Of a stretch of DNA of 64,000 nucleotides, positions 10,144-19,972 are shown in pieces. The notes beneath the pieces were generated by a model. It searched no databases. It was given only the letters and a program-made list of their open reading frames with translations, and was not told where the DNA came from. A program made the position numbers and the translations under genes. Positions within the stretch are counted from its first letter, which is position 1. Each line of letters opens with the position of its first letter. Location: assembly GCA_050246315.1 (NCBI GenBank), contig JBFWWG010000008.1, positions 32,001-96,000 on the forward strand, read 5' to 3'. This DNA is from Nitrospiraceae bacterium (GTDB lineage Bacteria; Nitrospirota; Nitrospiria; Nitrospirales; Nitrospiraceae).

Positions 10144-11649
10144 CTAGATCCTTGCCTGGTCCGGCTCGAGCTTCATCTTGTCGAGAACCTGAAGAACGGC
10201 CTCCGCGACAATACGATTTCCAATCACATTGTAGTGCGTCGGAAGCCTGAAGGGGAACAGCGCCAGGGGATCATCCTCTGCGGCGAAAACGGGGTGCATA
10301 TCTACAACTGGTATCTCAAGCGACCTCACAATGGCCAATACGTCTTCGCGATTGGGCTGTCCACCAATCTCCGGAACATAGCGCTCATACCGAGGGAGGT
10401 AGACAAAGACAAGTCGCCCTCCCCAGTCGGTCACGCTTTGCCGGGCTTTTGCCAATATGGCTCGAAAGAGCTCGAGTTCCGCTTTTCCTACCGAGGGCTG
10501 ATATGGTGCCGACCTCACCTTCTCCGTCTGGGTTGTGGCGGCAACTAATGAACTTTGGACCAAATCCCATACATAGGACAGCTTGAGGGTGCGGGCCCAC
10601 TCCAGACCATGCTGTCTCGGATGTACGAATCGATCCGAGAAAGAGGCCAGTTTGGCCCTGAAACTGCGTGCTTGCATGGCCCCGTCGATATGCGTCATCA
10701 AGGCCTGATCGATCTCCGACTGCTTCTTCACCAAACCCTGAACGAAGTCGTTTTCTAGATAATGCTGCATGACCGTCTGCCGCTCTCTCATCATGTCGTA
10801 GAGATCATTACCTTCGAAATAGGACCAGATCACGATCTGGGGACGCAGGGTTGAAAGATATTCCTTGATGGCGGCAATTTGCACCAACGGACCCACACCG
10901 TCATTTCCCAAATTGAGGGTTGCCGGGTAGCGCCGGCGGATCAGCGCGGTGTAACTCTCATCCATTCGGACACAAGCACCGTGTACGAAGGAATCCCCCA
11001 CCACGGCGATTTGAATTCTAGGTTGGCTCCACATCTGCCTCGGATTGGCAAATCCATGCTCGTCGCTGTCATACAGGACATACTCCCCGTTCTCGTTGCA
11101 GTAGACCGTCAGCTTATTCGCAACACCTCCAATTGGAAGCATCTCCCTACCATCCATGTGAATGAGAGATTCTCGGTACTTCGTGGGGAACGGTCCGGAG
11201 TAGTGCGTCCACCATTCCCGGAGAACGACGCGCGGGGCGATGGACGGCCAGGCATCGAGGCCTTGGCTCCGTAGGTCTGTGAGGATCTCCAGCCGACTGC
11301 GCGTGTCAAACGGCACCCCGAGACTCCTGGCGACCTTGGCTCGATCCTGCCGCTCTTCACCGGATTGAAACGACACCCACCGCGTGGGAGGATCCAGATT
11401 GGTCGACGCATCGGCAAAAGCTAGGACCAAATTGAAGATGTAGCACGTCAACACCGTTGCGACCCATGCAAAGGCCGCATTGATTCGCCACTCAGCATTC
11501 AACCTGGCCATCACCATCAAGGCAACGGCCATGGCGACTGGCAAGGCATACTTGATGTCCCATCCGTGAACCACGACCAAATAGCCGGCCACGAAAATGC
11601 ACAGCAAACCGCTCGCTCTCAACACTAGGGCTGCGATGCTAGCGATCAT
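10144..11649 (-). CDS. Membrane-anchored SGNH hydrolase-family protein (possible polysaccharide O-acyl modification)
   Basis: N-terminal TMs, AVVGDSFVHG, YFEGND, THYNVIGN. Confidence 0.75.
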   Translation of the reverse strand: MIASIAALVLRASGLLCIFVAGYLVVVHGWDIKYALPVAMAVALMVMARLNAEWRINAAFAWVATVLTCYIFNLVLAFADASTNLDPPTRWVSFQSGEERQDRAKVARSLGVPFDTRSRLEILTDLRSQGLDAWPSIAPRVVLREWWTHYSGPFPTKYRESLIHMDGREMLPIGGVANKLTVYCNENGEYVLYDSDEHGFANPRQMWSQPRIQIAVVGDSFVHGACVRMDESYTALIRRRYPATLNLGNDGVGPLVQIAAIKEYLSTLRPQIVIWSYFEGNDLYDMMRERQTVMQHYLENDFVQGLVKKQSEIDQALMTHIDGAMQARSFRAKLASFSDRFVHPRQHGLEWARTLKLSYVWDLVQSSLVAATTQTEKVRSAPYQPSVGKAELELFRAILAKARQSVTDWGGRLVFVYLPRYERYVPEIGGQPNREDVLAIVRSLEIPVVDMHPVFAAEDDPLALFPFRLPTHYNVIGNRIVAEAVLQVLDKMKLEPDQARI

Positions 11650-11724
11650 GATGACGCCACGCTCTGCTGAACGGAAGGAACGGACAACGACACGCGGATG
11701 TGATGCGCGGGAGCACCTCTATCC

Positions 11725-12264
11725 TCAACATGACAATGGTCGGTAGTCAGAATAACTCTGATCACGTGAGGAAATGATACGCACGGCCAGCGGCCATTGA
11801 ATGTCGAAAATCGGATCGTTCCACCTCACCCCTCGAGCGGACTCCGGCTCGTAAAATGCTGACATCAAGTACGACACCTCCGTATGGTCTTCCATCGTTT
11901 GAAACCCATGCGCCAATCCCTCGGGGATAAAGAGCATCTTCCCCTCGCGAGACGAGAGTTCGATTCCTAGATACTTTAGATAGGTCGGAGACTCAGGGCG
12001 CAGATCGACTATCACATCATACAGACTGCCGGATGTGCATCGCACCAATTTGCTCTCTCCGTGCGGTGCTGTTTGGTAATGTAACCCGCGTAACGTCCCC
12101 GCACGATGATTACTCGAAACATTGCCCTGAACCCATACCACTTTCAGTCCGTGAGCCTCGAACTCTCGTTGGCACCACACCCGTGAAAACAATCCTCGCT
12201 CATCCTGTATCGGTTCAGCCTCAATAACATAGACTCCCTTCAACTCAGTTTCTCGAAAGATCAT
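11725..12264 (-). CDS. rfbC: dTDP-4-dehydrorhamnose 3,5-epimerase family
   Basis: DERGLF, GTLRGLHYQ, LAHGFQT, GVRWNDP. ATG at 12264 overlaps upstream stop (ATGA). Confidence 0.9.
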   Translation of the reverse strand: MIFRETELKGVYVIEAEPIQDERGLFSRVWCQREFEAHGLKVVWVQGNVSSNHRAGTLRGLHYQTAPHGESKLVRCTSGSLYDVIVDLRPESPTYLKYLGIELSSREGKMLFIPEGLAHGFQTMEDHTEVSYLMSAFYEPESARGVRWNDPIFDIQWPLAVRIISSRDQSYSDYRPLSC

Positions 12265-13496
12265 GCATACACCTTCACCTCCGGGATCGGGACCACGAAC
12301 GATCCGCCCCACTCGCGGATATACGCCATCTGCTGCATGACTTCATCCCTCAGATTCCACGGCAGAATGAGTACATAGTCAGGACGGGTTTCGCGAATTC
12401 TATCAGGAGCATAAATCGGAAGTCGCACCCCAGGCAGGTAGTGTCCTTGCTTGTAAGGACTTCGATCCACCGTATAGTCAAGCAGATCCATGCGCACACC
12501 ACAATAGTTGAGCAACGTATTCCCCTTGGCTGGGGCTCCATAGCCCACGACTCGCTGTTTCCTTTCTTTGGCGGCGATGAGAAACGCCAACAACTTGCGC
12601 TTTGTTTCTTCGACTTGCGGACCAAATGAAAGGTAGTGACTCAATCGGCCAAACCCCTCCGCCTCCTCACGTGCCTTCAACGCTCCCGCTCGTGAGGACA
12701 CCGGCTTCGATCCGTCTTCAGCATGACAAGCGTAGATGCGAAGCGACCCGCCATGCGTGGGCAATTCCTCCACATCGAACAGCCTCATCCCATGGCGGAC
12801 GAAGACCTGTTCCACGGCAAGGAAGGAGAAATAGGAAAAATGCTCGTGATAGATCGTATCGAATTGGTTGTATCTCATCAGTTGAAACAGATGGGGGAAC
12901 TCCATCGTGACCAATCCCGTCGGCCGCAGGAGCGTTTTGAGGCCCTTCACGAAATCGTTAAGGTCAGGAACATGGGCTAGGACATTGTTGCCGATGATCA
13001 GATCCGCAGCCCATCCCTCTTCCCAAAGTTCAGCCGCAGTCTTCTCGCCGAAGAAGGCTACTCGGGTTTCAACGCCTTTCTTCCTGGCCGCCTCCGCAAC
13101 ATTGGCCGCGGGCTCGATCCCGAGCGCCGGAATGCCTCGTCCGACGAAGTTCTGCAATAGGTATCCGTCATTGCTCGCGATTTCCACGACCTTCGTTCGT
13201 TGGTCGAATTGAAACCGTTCCACGATCATCTCAACATATGTTCGGGCATGATCGAGCCATGAATCGGAGAAGGACGAAAAGTACGCGTAGTCAGAAAACA
13301 TATCATCCGGGGTCGAGAACTGTTCCAACTGAACAAGGAAACACTCTCCGCACACGTACGCGTGCAGTGGATAGAACGGCTCCATTTGATGAAGATGGTC
13401 CGATCTGATATAGGAATTTGCCAGGGGAGACATACCCAGATCAACGAACGTGTGCTTCAATGGAGCCGCGCACGCTCGGCACCGTGAGCCTCCCAT
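12261..13496 (-). CDS. NDP-hexose C-methyltransferase (Zn-binding N-terminus)
   Basis: CRAC...CGEC, EIASNDG, FDTIYHEH, THGGSLR, GYGAPAKGNT. Confidence 0.9.
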   Translation of the reverse strand: MGGSRCRACAAPLKHTFVDLGMSPLANSYIRSDHLHQMEPFYPLHAYVCGECFLVQLEQFSTPDDMFSDYAYFSSFSDSWLDHARTYVEMIVERFQFDQRTKVVEIASNDGYLLQNFVGRGIPALGIEPAANVAEAARKKGVETRVAFFGEKTAAELWEEGWAADLIIGNNVLAHVPDLNDFVKGLKTLLRPTGLVTMEFPHLFQLMRYNQFDTIYHEHFSYFSFLAVEQVFVRHGMRLFDVEELPTHGGSLRIYACHAEDGSKPVSSRAGALKAREEAEGFGRLSHYLSFGPQVEETKRKLLAFLIAAKERKQRVVGYGAPAKGNTLLNYCGVRMDLLDYTVDRSPYKQGHYLPGVRLPIYAPDRIRETRPDYVLILPWNLRDEVMQQMAYIREWGGSFVVPIPEVKVYA

Positions 13497-13561
13497 GTCC
13501 ACCTCTCCTTTCCCAGTCAGGTCCCGAACAATCTCTGACAGTTACCTGTGCCTTATCTCTC

Positions 13562-14626
13562 TTATCTCTCTTGTGCGATTCGGTCAGACCATTCCAGGTT
13601 GCTGGTCAGATGCCTGCTCTCCCTTAACCGCTGCAATGTGACAAGCCGCATGAATTCGCCGGTTCGGAAATCAGCGTCCTGGAAGCTCATCCCCTGAAGA
13701 CCATCTCGTAGGTCCATTACCGCATTCTGAAGATCCACTACGGGCAGAAAACCCTGCGCCAGCTTGGTGAACTTATCGAAATTGACGCGATAGGAGCGTT
13801 TATCGGGTTGCGCGTTCTTGTTAACGGTCACCTCAACATTCGGCACAAGCCTCGCGACAGCATCCGCCAAGTCCTTCACTTGGTAGTTCCAAGTCTCAGT
13901 CCCCACATTGAGGATGAGATAGGCTCCTCCATCACGAGAATCGCGCTGCACAGCCCAATCAATGGCTCGAGCCATATCAGTCACATGGATGAGCGGGCGC
14001 CAGGGAGTCCCGTCACTTAAAATATTGATACGGCCAGACACCAACGCTCCGGCGACGAAATCATTCAATACCAGATCCAATCGCAAACGCTCGCTCATTC
14101 CGCATGCCGTTGAAAACCGGAGGCAGGTCACGACAAACGTCTCCGAAGAGAGGGCAGCTAGGTCTCGCTCGGTCCACACTTTTGACTTTGCGTAGGCCGT
14201 CAGCGGATTCAGCGCATCCTCCTCTCGACGAGGCCCCCCTTCGGCAAACCCATAGACGCTGCAACTTGATGCGAATACGAATGCCTTCACTCCCGCCTGT
14301 TTCGCTTTCCTCGCAAGATTGATGCTGGCCCGGTAGTTGATGTCGAGGGTCACCTCTTCGAAATGAGCGCCCATGGGATCATTGGAAATGGCGCACAGAT
14401 GAACGACGGCGTCGGTCCCACGTAACATTTCCTCAGGAACATGCCTGATATCAGCAAAATATTGCACATCCACTCGAGTTTCGGGAAAGCGCGGCACTCC
14501 TGTCAGACAGTGGGCGAAGTAGCCCATGTCATATCCCACCAATTCTATTCCTGGGTGAGAATCCCTCAACCGGCGCAGTACTGCCGGCCCAACATATCCC
14601 ATGTTCCCTGTGACAACGATCTTCAT
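13562..14626 (-). CDS. NAD-dependent epimerase/dehydratase (extended SDR)
   Basis: TGNMGYVG, SSCSVYG, YAKSK. Confidence 0.9.
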   Translation of the reverse strand: MKIVVTGNMGYVGPAVLRRLRDSHPGIELVGYDMGYFAHCLTGVPRFPETRVDVQYFADIRHVPEEMLRGTDAVVHLCAISNDPMGAHFEEVTLDINYRASINLARKAKQAGVKAFVFASSCSVYGFAEGGPRREEDALNPLTAYAKSKVWTERDLAALSSETFVVTCLRFSTACGMSERLRLDLVLNDFVAGALVSGRINILSDGTPWRPLIHVTDMARAIDWAVQRDSRDGGAYLILNVGTETWNYQVKDLADAVARLVPNVEVTVNKNAQPDKRSYRVNFDKFTKLAQGFLPVVDLQNAVMDLRDGLQGMSFQDADFRTGEFMRLVTLQRLRESRHLTSNLEWSDRIAQER

Positions 14627-14636
14627 GCGCACCCCC

Positions 14637-15833
14637 TTAGCTTACGACCGCACGGATTCGTTCACATACGTAGTCAGAAAATGGAAGTCCGCATGTAAAG
14701 GCAGGTGAAACAGCATTCAAGACATGCATTGAGCGTGCATCACCCTCCAACACAAAATCCATTTCGAGTTTGCGCGTCTTGATATCAACCAGTTGTGCGC
14801 GAATCCCCGGTTTGCCCCAGTCCTGGAAATGCTTGGAGGTGACTCCTTCGGCGAGTTGGCTGGCAAGTGCGACCATCCTGGTCTTGGAATACTTTGCCAT
14901 CTCTCGGATGGCAAGCGTTTTGAAATCGAAATTTGATCGGCCGAGCAGACTCAACCCTCTCGCCGCCACTTCAATGAATTCACTCCACTGGAAATTGGCC
15001 GTGCCTCCGTAGTGTTCTCGCCAGAATCCTGGAATAGCGGTTGGACCGATCTTGACCTTCCCATTTGCCGCTACGGTGAAATGCACGCCAAGGAAGGGGT
15101 TATTGAGATTCGGAACCGGATAAATGTTAGTACGGATCGACCCGGGAGGTTCATTGGAATACAGGTAGAGTCCTTTGAAAGGTAAAATCCGAAATCGGGA
15201 GGAGAAGCCAAATCCACGCGCGATCTGGTCTGCATACAGGCCAGCCGCATTGACTATATAGCCGGCTTCACGGACCCCTTGCGTGGTCACCACCCGCCCG
15301 TTGGATGTATTAAGATATCGGACCCCGCAGTGGAGTTGCACCCCTTCATCGACCGCATCCTTTTTCATCGCCTGCATGACGAGTATTGGATCGATCGTAG
15401 CAGTCGCGGGAGAGAATAATGCCCTTTCGCAGGTCTTTACCCTGGGTTCGATAGCTCGGGCCTCCTTCTCTGAAATGTTTTCAAGAGGAATCCCGTTCGC
15501 TCGACCTCTTCGAAGTAGCTCATCAAGGCCTGTGTGGTCGTTCCGATCCTTGGCCACCACCAGCTTCCCGCATTTGTTCAGCGGAATCCCTTTTGCCTCA
15601 CAGTACTCCGTCAAGAGCCGATTTCCTCTCCAGGATAATTTCGCCTTCAAGCTGTCTGGAGAATAATAGAAGCCCGCATGCAACACCCCGCTATTGCGGC
15701 CGCTCGCATGTAATCCGCAGTCAGGTTCTTTTTCTATCAGATGGACGGACTCGCTGGGAAACATCCGCTTGAGGCCACGCGCGATGTTCAAACCGATGAC
15801 CCCACCGCCGATCACGAGAAAATCCGAGCGCAC
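14637..15833 (-). CDS. lhgO: L-2-hydroxyglutarate oxidase family
   Basis: IGGGVIG, HASGRNSGVLHAGFYY, PFLGVHFT, NAVSPAFT. GTG start at 15833. Confidence 0.85.
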   Translation of the reverse strand: MRSDFLVIGGGVIGLNIARGLKRMFPSESVHLIEKEPDCGLHASGRNSGVLHAGFYYSPDSLKAKLSWRGNRLLTEYCEAKGIPLNKCGKLVVAKDRNDHTGLDELLRRGRANGIPLENISEKEARAIEPRVKTCERALFSPATATIDPILVMQAMKKDAVDEGVQLHCGVRYLNTSNGRVVTTQGVREAGYIVNAAGLYADQIARGFGFSSRFRILPFKGLYLYSNEPPGSIRTNIYPVPNLNNPFLGVHFTVAANGKVKIGPTAIPGFWREHYGGTANFQWSEFIEVAARGLSLLGRSNFDFKTLAIREMAKYSKTRMVALASQLAEGVTSKHFQDWGKPGIRAQLVDIKTRKLEMDFVLEGDARSMHVLNAVSPAFTCGLPFSDYVCERIRAVVS

Positions 15834-15837
15834 GGTC

Positions 15838-16623
15838 TCACCACATCTTCCACGGCGCCGTAGATGACTGCCATAGCTCTTCCAGATAGGACTTTTCACG
15901 CAAGGTATCCATGCACGACCAGAATCGATCGTGGCGATAACCCATCAGTTGCCCTTCCCGTGTCAACCTTTCAAGTGGCTCCCGCTCCCAGCTCATACCA
16001 TCACCCTCAACATAATCGATCACTCGAGGATTGAGGATATAAAATCCTCCGTTGATCCATCCCTCCCCGGCATTTGGTTTTTCCTTGAACTCCAAGATCT
16101 GGTCGCGAATACGATCATCGTCGAAAATCATTCTTCCGAATCGTGCCGGCGTTCGAACTGATGTCACGGTTGCGAGCTTGCCATGCGCTTGGTGAAACTT
16201 AATCGAATCCTGGATATCAATATCGGCCACCCCATCCCCATAGGTGAAGAGAAAATACTCCTCCCCATCCAACCATTTCTTCAGGCGTTTCAGACGTCCT
16301 CCCGTTTGGGTATGCAGTCCTGTATCGACAAGATGAACTTTCCAATCCTCGTGCTGTCTGCCGTCGTGGATCGTTGTTTTCCCGGATTCCAGATCGACGG
16401 AGATATCCTTGTTAAACGCATAAAAGTTCATGAAGTACTCTTTGATCATTTCACCTTTATAGCCCAACGCGACGATGAACTCCTTGATGCCGTGGGTCGC
16501 GTAGATCTTCATGATGTGCCATAAGATAGGCTTCCCACCGATTTCGATCATCGGCTTCGGACGAAGATGCGTCTCTTCTGAGAGTCGAGTCCCCATCCCT
16601 CCAGCCAAAATCACGGCTTTCAT
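15838..16623 (-). CDS. rfbF: Glucose-1-phosphate cytidylyltransferase
   Basis: ILAGGMGTRLSEET...PKPMIEIGG, TQTGGRL, TYGDGV, FWSCMDTLRE. Confidence 0.95.
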   Translation of the reverse strand: MKAVILAGGMGTRLSEETHLRPKPMIEIGGKPILWHIMKIYATHGIKEFIVALGYKGEMIKEYFMNFYAFNKDISVDLESGKTTIHDGRQHEDWKVHLVDTGLHTQTGGRLKRLKKWLDGEEYFLFTYGDGVADIDIQDSIKFHQAHGKLATVTSVRTPARFGRMIFDDDRIRDQILEFKEKPNAGEGWINGGFYILNPRVIDYVEGDGMSWEREPLERLTREGQLMGYRHDRFWSCMDTLREKSYLEELWQSSTAPWKMW

Positions 16624-16708
16624 TGGTGCGCCTCCCTTCTTGCCCTTCTCGTATGGTTGCTAGGCGAACCCCTGACGTCAAGGTCAATTTCTTGATGAAT
16701 TCTGTGGT

Positions 16709-17611
16709 TCAGCCGGACGCCGCATGAAAGTGTTCGTTGTCATGACAATCGATGGAGGATGAAAGCCGATACGCATCGGGATTCCCATACATCGGATGGT
16801 CAAACACGTGGAGACTATACATTGTGTCGATCCACCACCACCTGAACTGTGGCGGCACAAAATATGTCAACCCCTTGATCGTGGATAACTTCCTCGTCTG
16901 GTGGCTCGCATTGAACTCGGAAATGGCAAGGAGTTCAGCTCCAAATTCGGTCACGTCCTTGCCAATTGCGCTGCGGAAAGAACAAGGCATCCGTGGAATT
17001 AGGCGCGAGTGATCTGCCTGTAACAGTCCCATGGCATCCTTCGTCGAGCTGTACATACCAGTATCAAACCCCACGAAGGCGAGTGGCGATGGCGCTCCCC
17101 CTAGAAAGGCTGGCACGGTATCCTTCAGCAGCCCGATACTCAGGTTCGCGTGTCTCAAACGCTGCCTCAGTTGATCGACATCGCACGGATAATAACCCTC
17201 CGCCCATTTGTATGGCATATCCCGGTAATCTTGAGGTTTTGGGATACCGACACCTGTGTCGAACCCATACACGTCTATTCTGATATCCGCGAGCGCTTCA
17301 CAGATTTCTGCCACACGCTGCATGGCCAACAGGCCTGCACCTCCCGCCACGCCGATCTCCGCCACAGTTACCCTATTCAATCCGAGAACTTTCCCTAGAG
17401 CCGCGCCTTGAAGCACACCCAACACATAATGCGGCCGTTTGGTTGCTATGGGATCCTTCATCACTCTGAGCATGGTCGCGAATAACCACGTATAACTGTT
17501 GTCGAATGGAATCGGCGGCGCATCCGGCGGCGCCGCTGGTTCGGTCTCACCCTCCTCCAACCAACCCTTCGCGCTTCTCAAAAGTGACTTGACGAGCCCT
17601 TTTACACCCAT
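16709..17611 (-). CDS. Hypothetical protein resembling TylF/NovP-type O-methyltransferases
   Basis: AEIGVAGG...VYGFDTGVGIP...FVGFDTGMYSST resembles TylF motifs. Confidence 0.5.
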   Translation of the reverse strand: MGVKGLVKSLLRSAKGWLEEGETEPAAPPDAPPIPFDNSYTWLFATMLRVMKDPIATKRPHYVLGVLQGAALGKVLGLNRVTVAEIGVAGGAGLLAMQRVAEICEALADIRIDVYGFDTGVGIPKPQDYRDMPYKWAEGYYPCDVDQLRQRLRHANLSIGLLKDTVPAFLGGAPSPLAFVGFDTGMYSSTKDAMGLLQADHSRLIPRMPCSFRSAIGKDVTEFGAELLAISEFNASHQTRKLSTIKGLTYFVPPQFRWWWIDTMYSLHVFDHPMYGNPDAYRLSSSIDCHDNEHFHAASG

Positions 17612-17684
17612 CCCTCTCCTCCTTGCCCATCGCCGACGTACATTCCCTTGTGGGTCGGCCTTGCTATGCTAGAGAGTGCTATCA

Positions 17685-18971
17685 TCACGATGGCGGACTG
17701 TATCGAGTGGTCCACTTCAAGAGTGGCCTGACCACTCCCAACATCTCACCCAGGAAATCCCCTCTGGCCGAATCCCCATGCATGCCGTCAACCACCTGGA
17801 ATGCGATGGCCTCCTCAACATAGAACTGTATGTGGTGGGGATCCAACGAGATACAAGCTGGACTGACAAAAAATGAACCCTCCGACAACAGATTCCCTGG
17901 GATGTAGCCCGTGCTGACATAGCGTCCGACTGATCGCGGGCGGCCTCGCCAGTCGGGGTCCAGATCGAAGGATTCAAACACATGAACCCCTTCCTGATTC
18001 ACGAGCACGAAGCAGGGAGTTAGTGCGATGTTAGACCTCAACACCTCAAATTCCACTTCAATCGAAAAGGCTTGCCTGATATCAATTGTTTCGACGACTT
18101 TCCCATCAAGGTTCTTCACCCGCACCGCGCAAAGGCACGCCGTCCCATCGCCAGGTGCCTGAGCAGGGTCGTCCCATTCCTTTTCTGCTTTAGAACTGAA
18201 GTTGGCATGGAGGTAGGTACCAACAACCTGTGCAGCCGGACCATCGGCGACGAGACTTCCCTTATCTAAGAGCAAAGCGCGATGGCACAAGCGGGTGATC
18301 GCTTGCATGTTATGCGAAACAAAAATAACTGTACGCCCGTCCTCGCCAATCTGATGCATTTTATCGAGACATTTCTTTTGAAATTGCTGATCCCCTACGG
18401 CCAATACTTCATCAACGATCAGAATCTCGGGTTCTAAATGGGCTCCCACAGCGAACGCCAATCTTACGTACATGCCGCTGGAATACCGCTTGACCGGTGT
18501 GTCGATGTATTTCTCAATCCCCGCAAATGCGATGATTTCATCGAGCTTTCTCGTGATCTCCGATTTGCTCATACCAAGTATGCTGCCACTAAGATAAATA
18601 TTATCGCGGCCCGTCAGATCAGGATGGAATCCAGTCCCCACTTCTAGAAGCGTGCCTACTCGTCCGAATATTTCAGCTCTCCCGGATGTTGGGTCAGTGA
18701 TACGAGACAGGATCTTAAGCAGTGTACTCTTGCCAGCACCATTGCGCCCGATGATTCCGACAACGTCCCCTCTTGCAATCTCAAAGGAAACATCCTTTAA
18801 AGACCATACATCCTCCCGCTGGTAATGCAGCTTGTGACTGCGTCGTCTAAATGGGATCAACCGCCGGGCACCTTCTGCGAGACGACTGGCAAGGGATAGC
18901 TCGGCACGGTGGCCCACCGTGATTGAATACCGCTTACCAAGCCGTTCTGCCTTGACAGCAATGTTTGCCAT
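17685..18971 (-). CDS. wzt: Polysaccharide ABC transporter ATP-binding protein with C-terminal Wzt_C domain
   Basis: GRNGAGKST, YSSGM, VDEVLAVGD, plus a long C-terminal extension. Confidence 0.9.
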   Translation of the reverse strand: MANIAVKAERLGKRYSITVGHRAELSLASRLAEGARRLIPFRRRSHKLHYQREDVWSLKDVSFEIARGDVVGIIGRNGAGKSTLLKILSRITDPTSGRAEIFGRVGTLLEVGTGFHPDLTGRDNIYLSGSILGMSKSEITRKLDEIIAFAGIEKYIDTPVKRYSSGMYVRLAFAVGAHLEPEILIVDEVLAVGDQQFQKKCLDKMHQIGEDGRTVIFVSHNMQAITRLCHRALLLDKGSLVADGPAAQVVGTYLHANFSSKAEKEWDDPAQAPGDGTACLCAVRVKNLDGKVVETIDIRQAFSIEVEFEVLRSNIALTPCFVLVNQEGVHVFESFDLDPDWRGRPRSVGRYVSTGYIPGNLLSEGSFFVSPACISLDPHHIQFYVEEAIAFQVVDGMHGDSARGDFLGEMLGVVRPLLKWTTRYSPPS

Positions 18972-19126
18972 CTCAGGTCCTGGCAGTCCATGCCCAAATT
19001 CGGCTTGCCACCGTGATCAAGGCCCACTTCATCCGAACATCACCAGTGCGCATCGAGCCCAGCCGTATACGCGATTTGTTCCAAACCGTACCAGCCTTGG
19101 GCAGATCGATAATTGCCGCGGTTATG

Positions 19127-19972
19127 CTAGATAACGTCAGCAAAGGTTCGTTCCACACGATTAAAATATGCAATGGCGCACAAGAGCACGACCACGATGG
19201 TACTCACATTCGCCATCAGCACCCCCGGGTCCGGTGGGTTTGTTCCAAGCAATGCCCAGCGAAACCCATCGATCACCCCGACCATCGGATTGACCAATTC
19301 ATATAACGTTCGCCACACCTCCGGAATGAGGCTGGACGGATAAACCACCGGGGACGCAAACATCCACAACTGAGTGATAAGCGGGACTGCCGCGCCGACG
19401 TCTCTATACCGCACATACAGGGCGGATAGCCAAAGACTAACCGCCAGAGAAGTGCCGACAGTTAACAGCATGAATACCGGGACGAGGAATATAGCCCAAG
19501 TAGGGGAGACCCCAAACCACGCCATGAGAATCAACAACAAAACAAAGGCGATAGCAAAATCAAGGAGTCCGCCCAACGTAGCAGAAAGCGGCACCACAAT
19601 CCGAGGAAAGTACACTTTCGTAATTAGATTCGATTCTGCCACAACACTAAAGCCGCTTCGATCCAGGCTCTTCGCAAGATAGCTCCATGGAACTAGCGCT
19701 GAGTATGCGAAAAGAGGATACGGCAGCCCATCCGATGGCATATTCGCAAGTCGCCCGAACACGAGTGTGTATACAACCATCATGACGAGTGGTTGGAGAA
19801 CAGCCCAGGCTAACCCGATCGCTGTCTGGGCGTACCGAGCCTTCAAATCACGCCATGCGAGAAAATAGAGGAGTTCCCGATACTTCCAAAGAGACACGAT
19901 CCCGAAGGTCAGCGCTCGCCTACTGGATTCGATGATTACAGTGGGCACCGGCATTGTCTCGATCTTTTGCAT
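19127..19972 (-). CDS. wzm: Polysaccharide ABC transporter permease
   Basis: RDLKARY, LITKVYFPR, NPMVGVIDGFR; multiple TMs. Confidence 0.9.
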   Translation of the reverse strand: MQKIETMPVPTVIIESSRRALTFGIVSLWKYRELLYFLAWRDLKARYAQTAIGLAWAVLQPLVMMVVYTLVFGRLANMPSDGLPYPLFAYSALVPWSYLAKSLDRSGFSVVAESNLITKVYFPRIVVPLSATLGGLLDFAIAFVLLLILMAWFGVSPTWAIFLVPVFMLLTVGTSLAVSLWLSALYVRYRDVGAAVPLITQLWMFASPVVYPSSLIPEVWRTLYELVNPMVGVIDGFRWALLGTNPPDPGVLMANVSTIVVVLLCAIAYFNRVERTFADVI

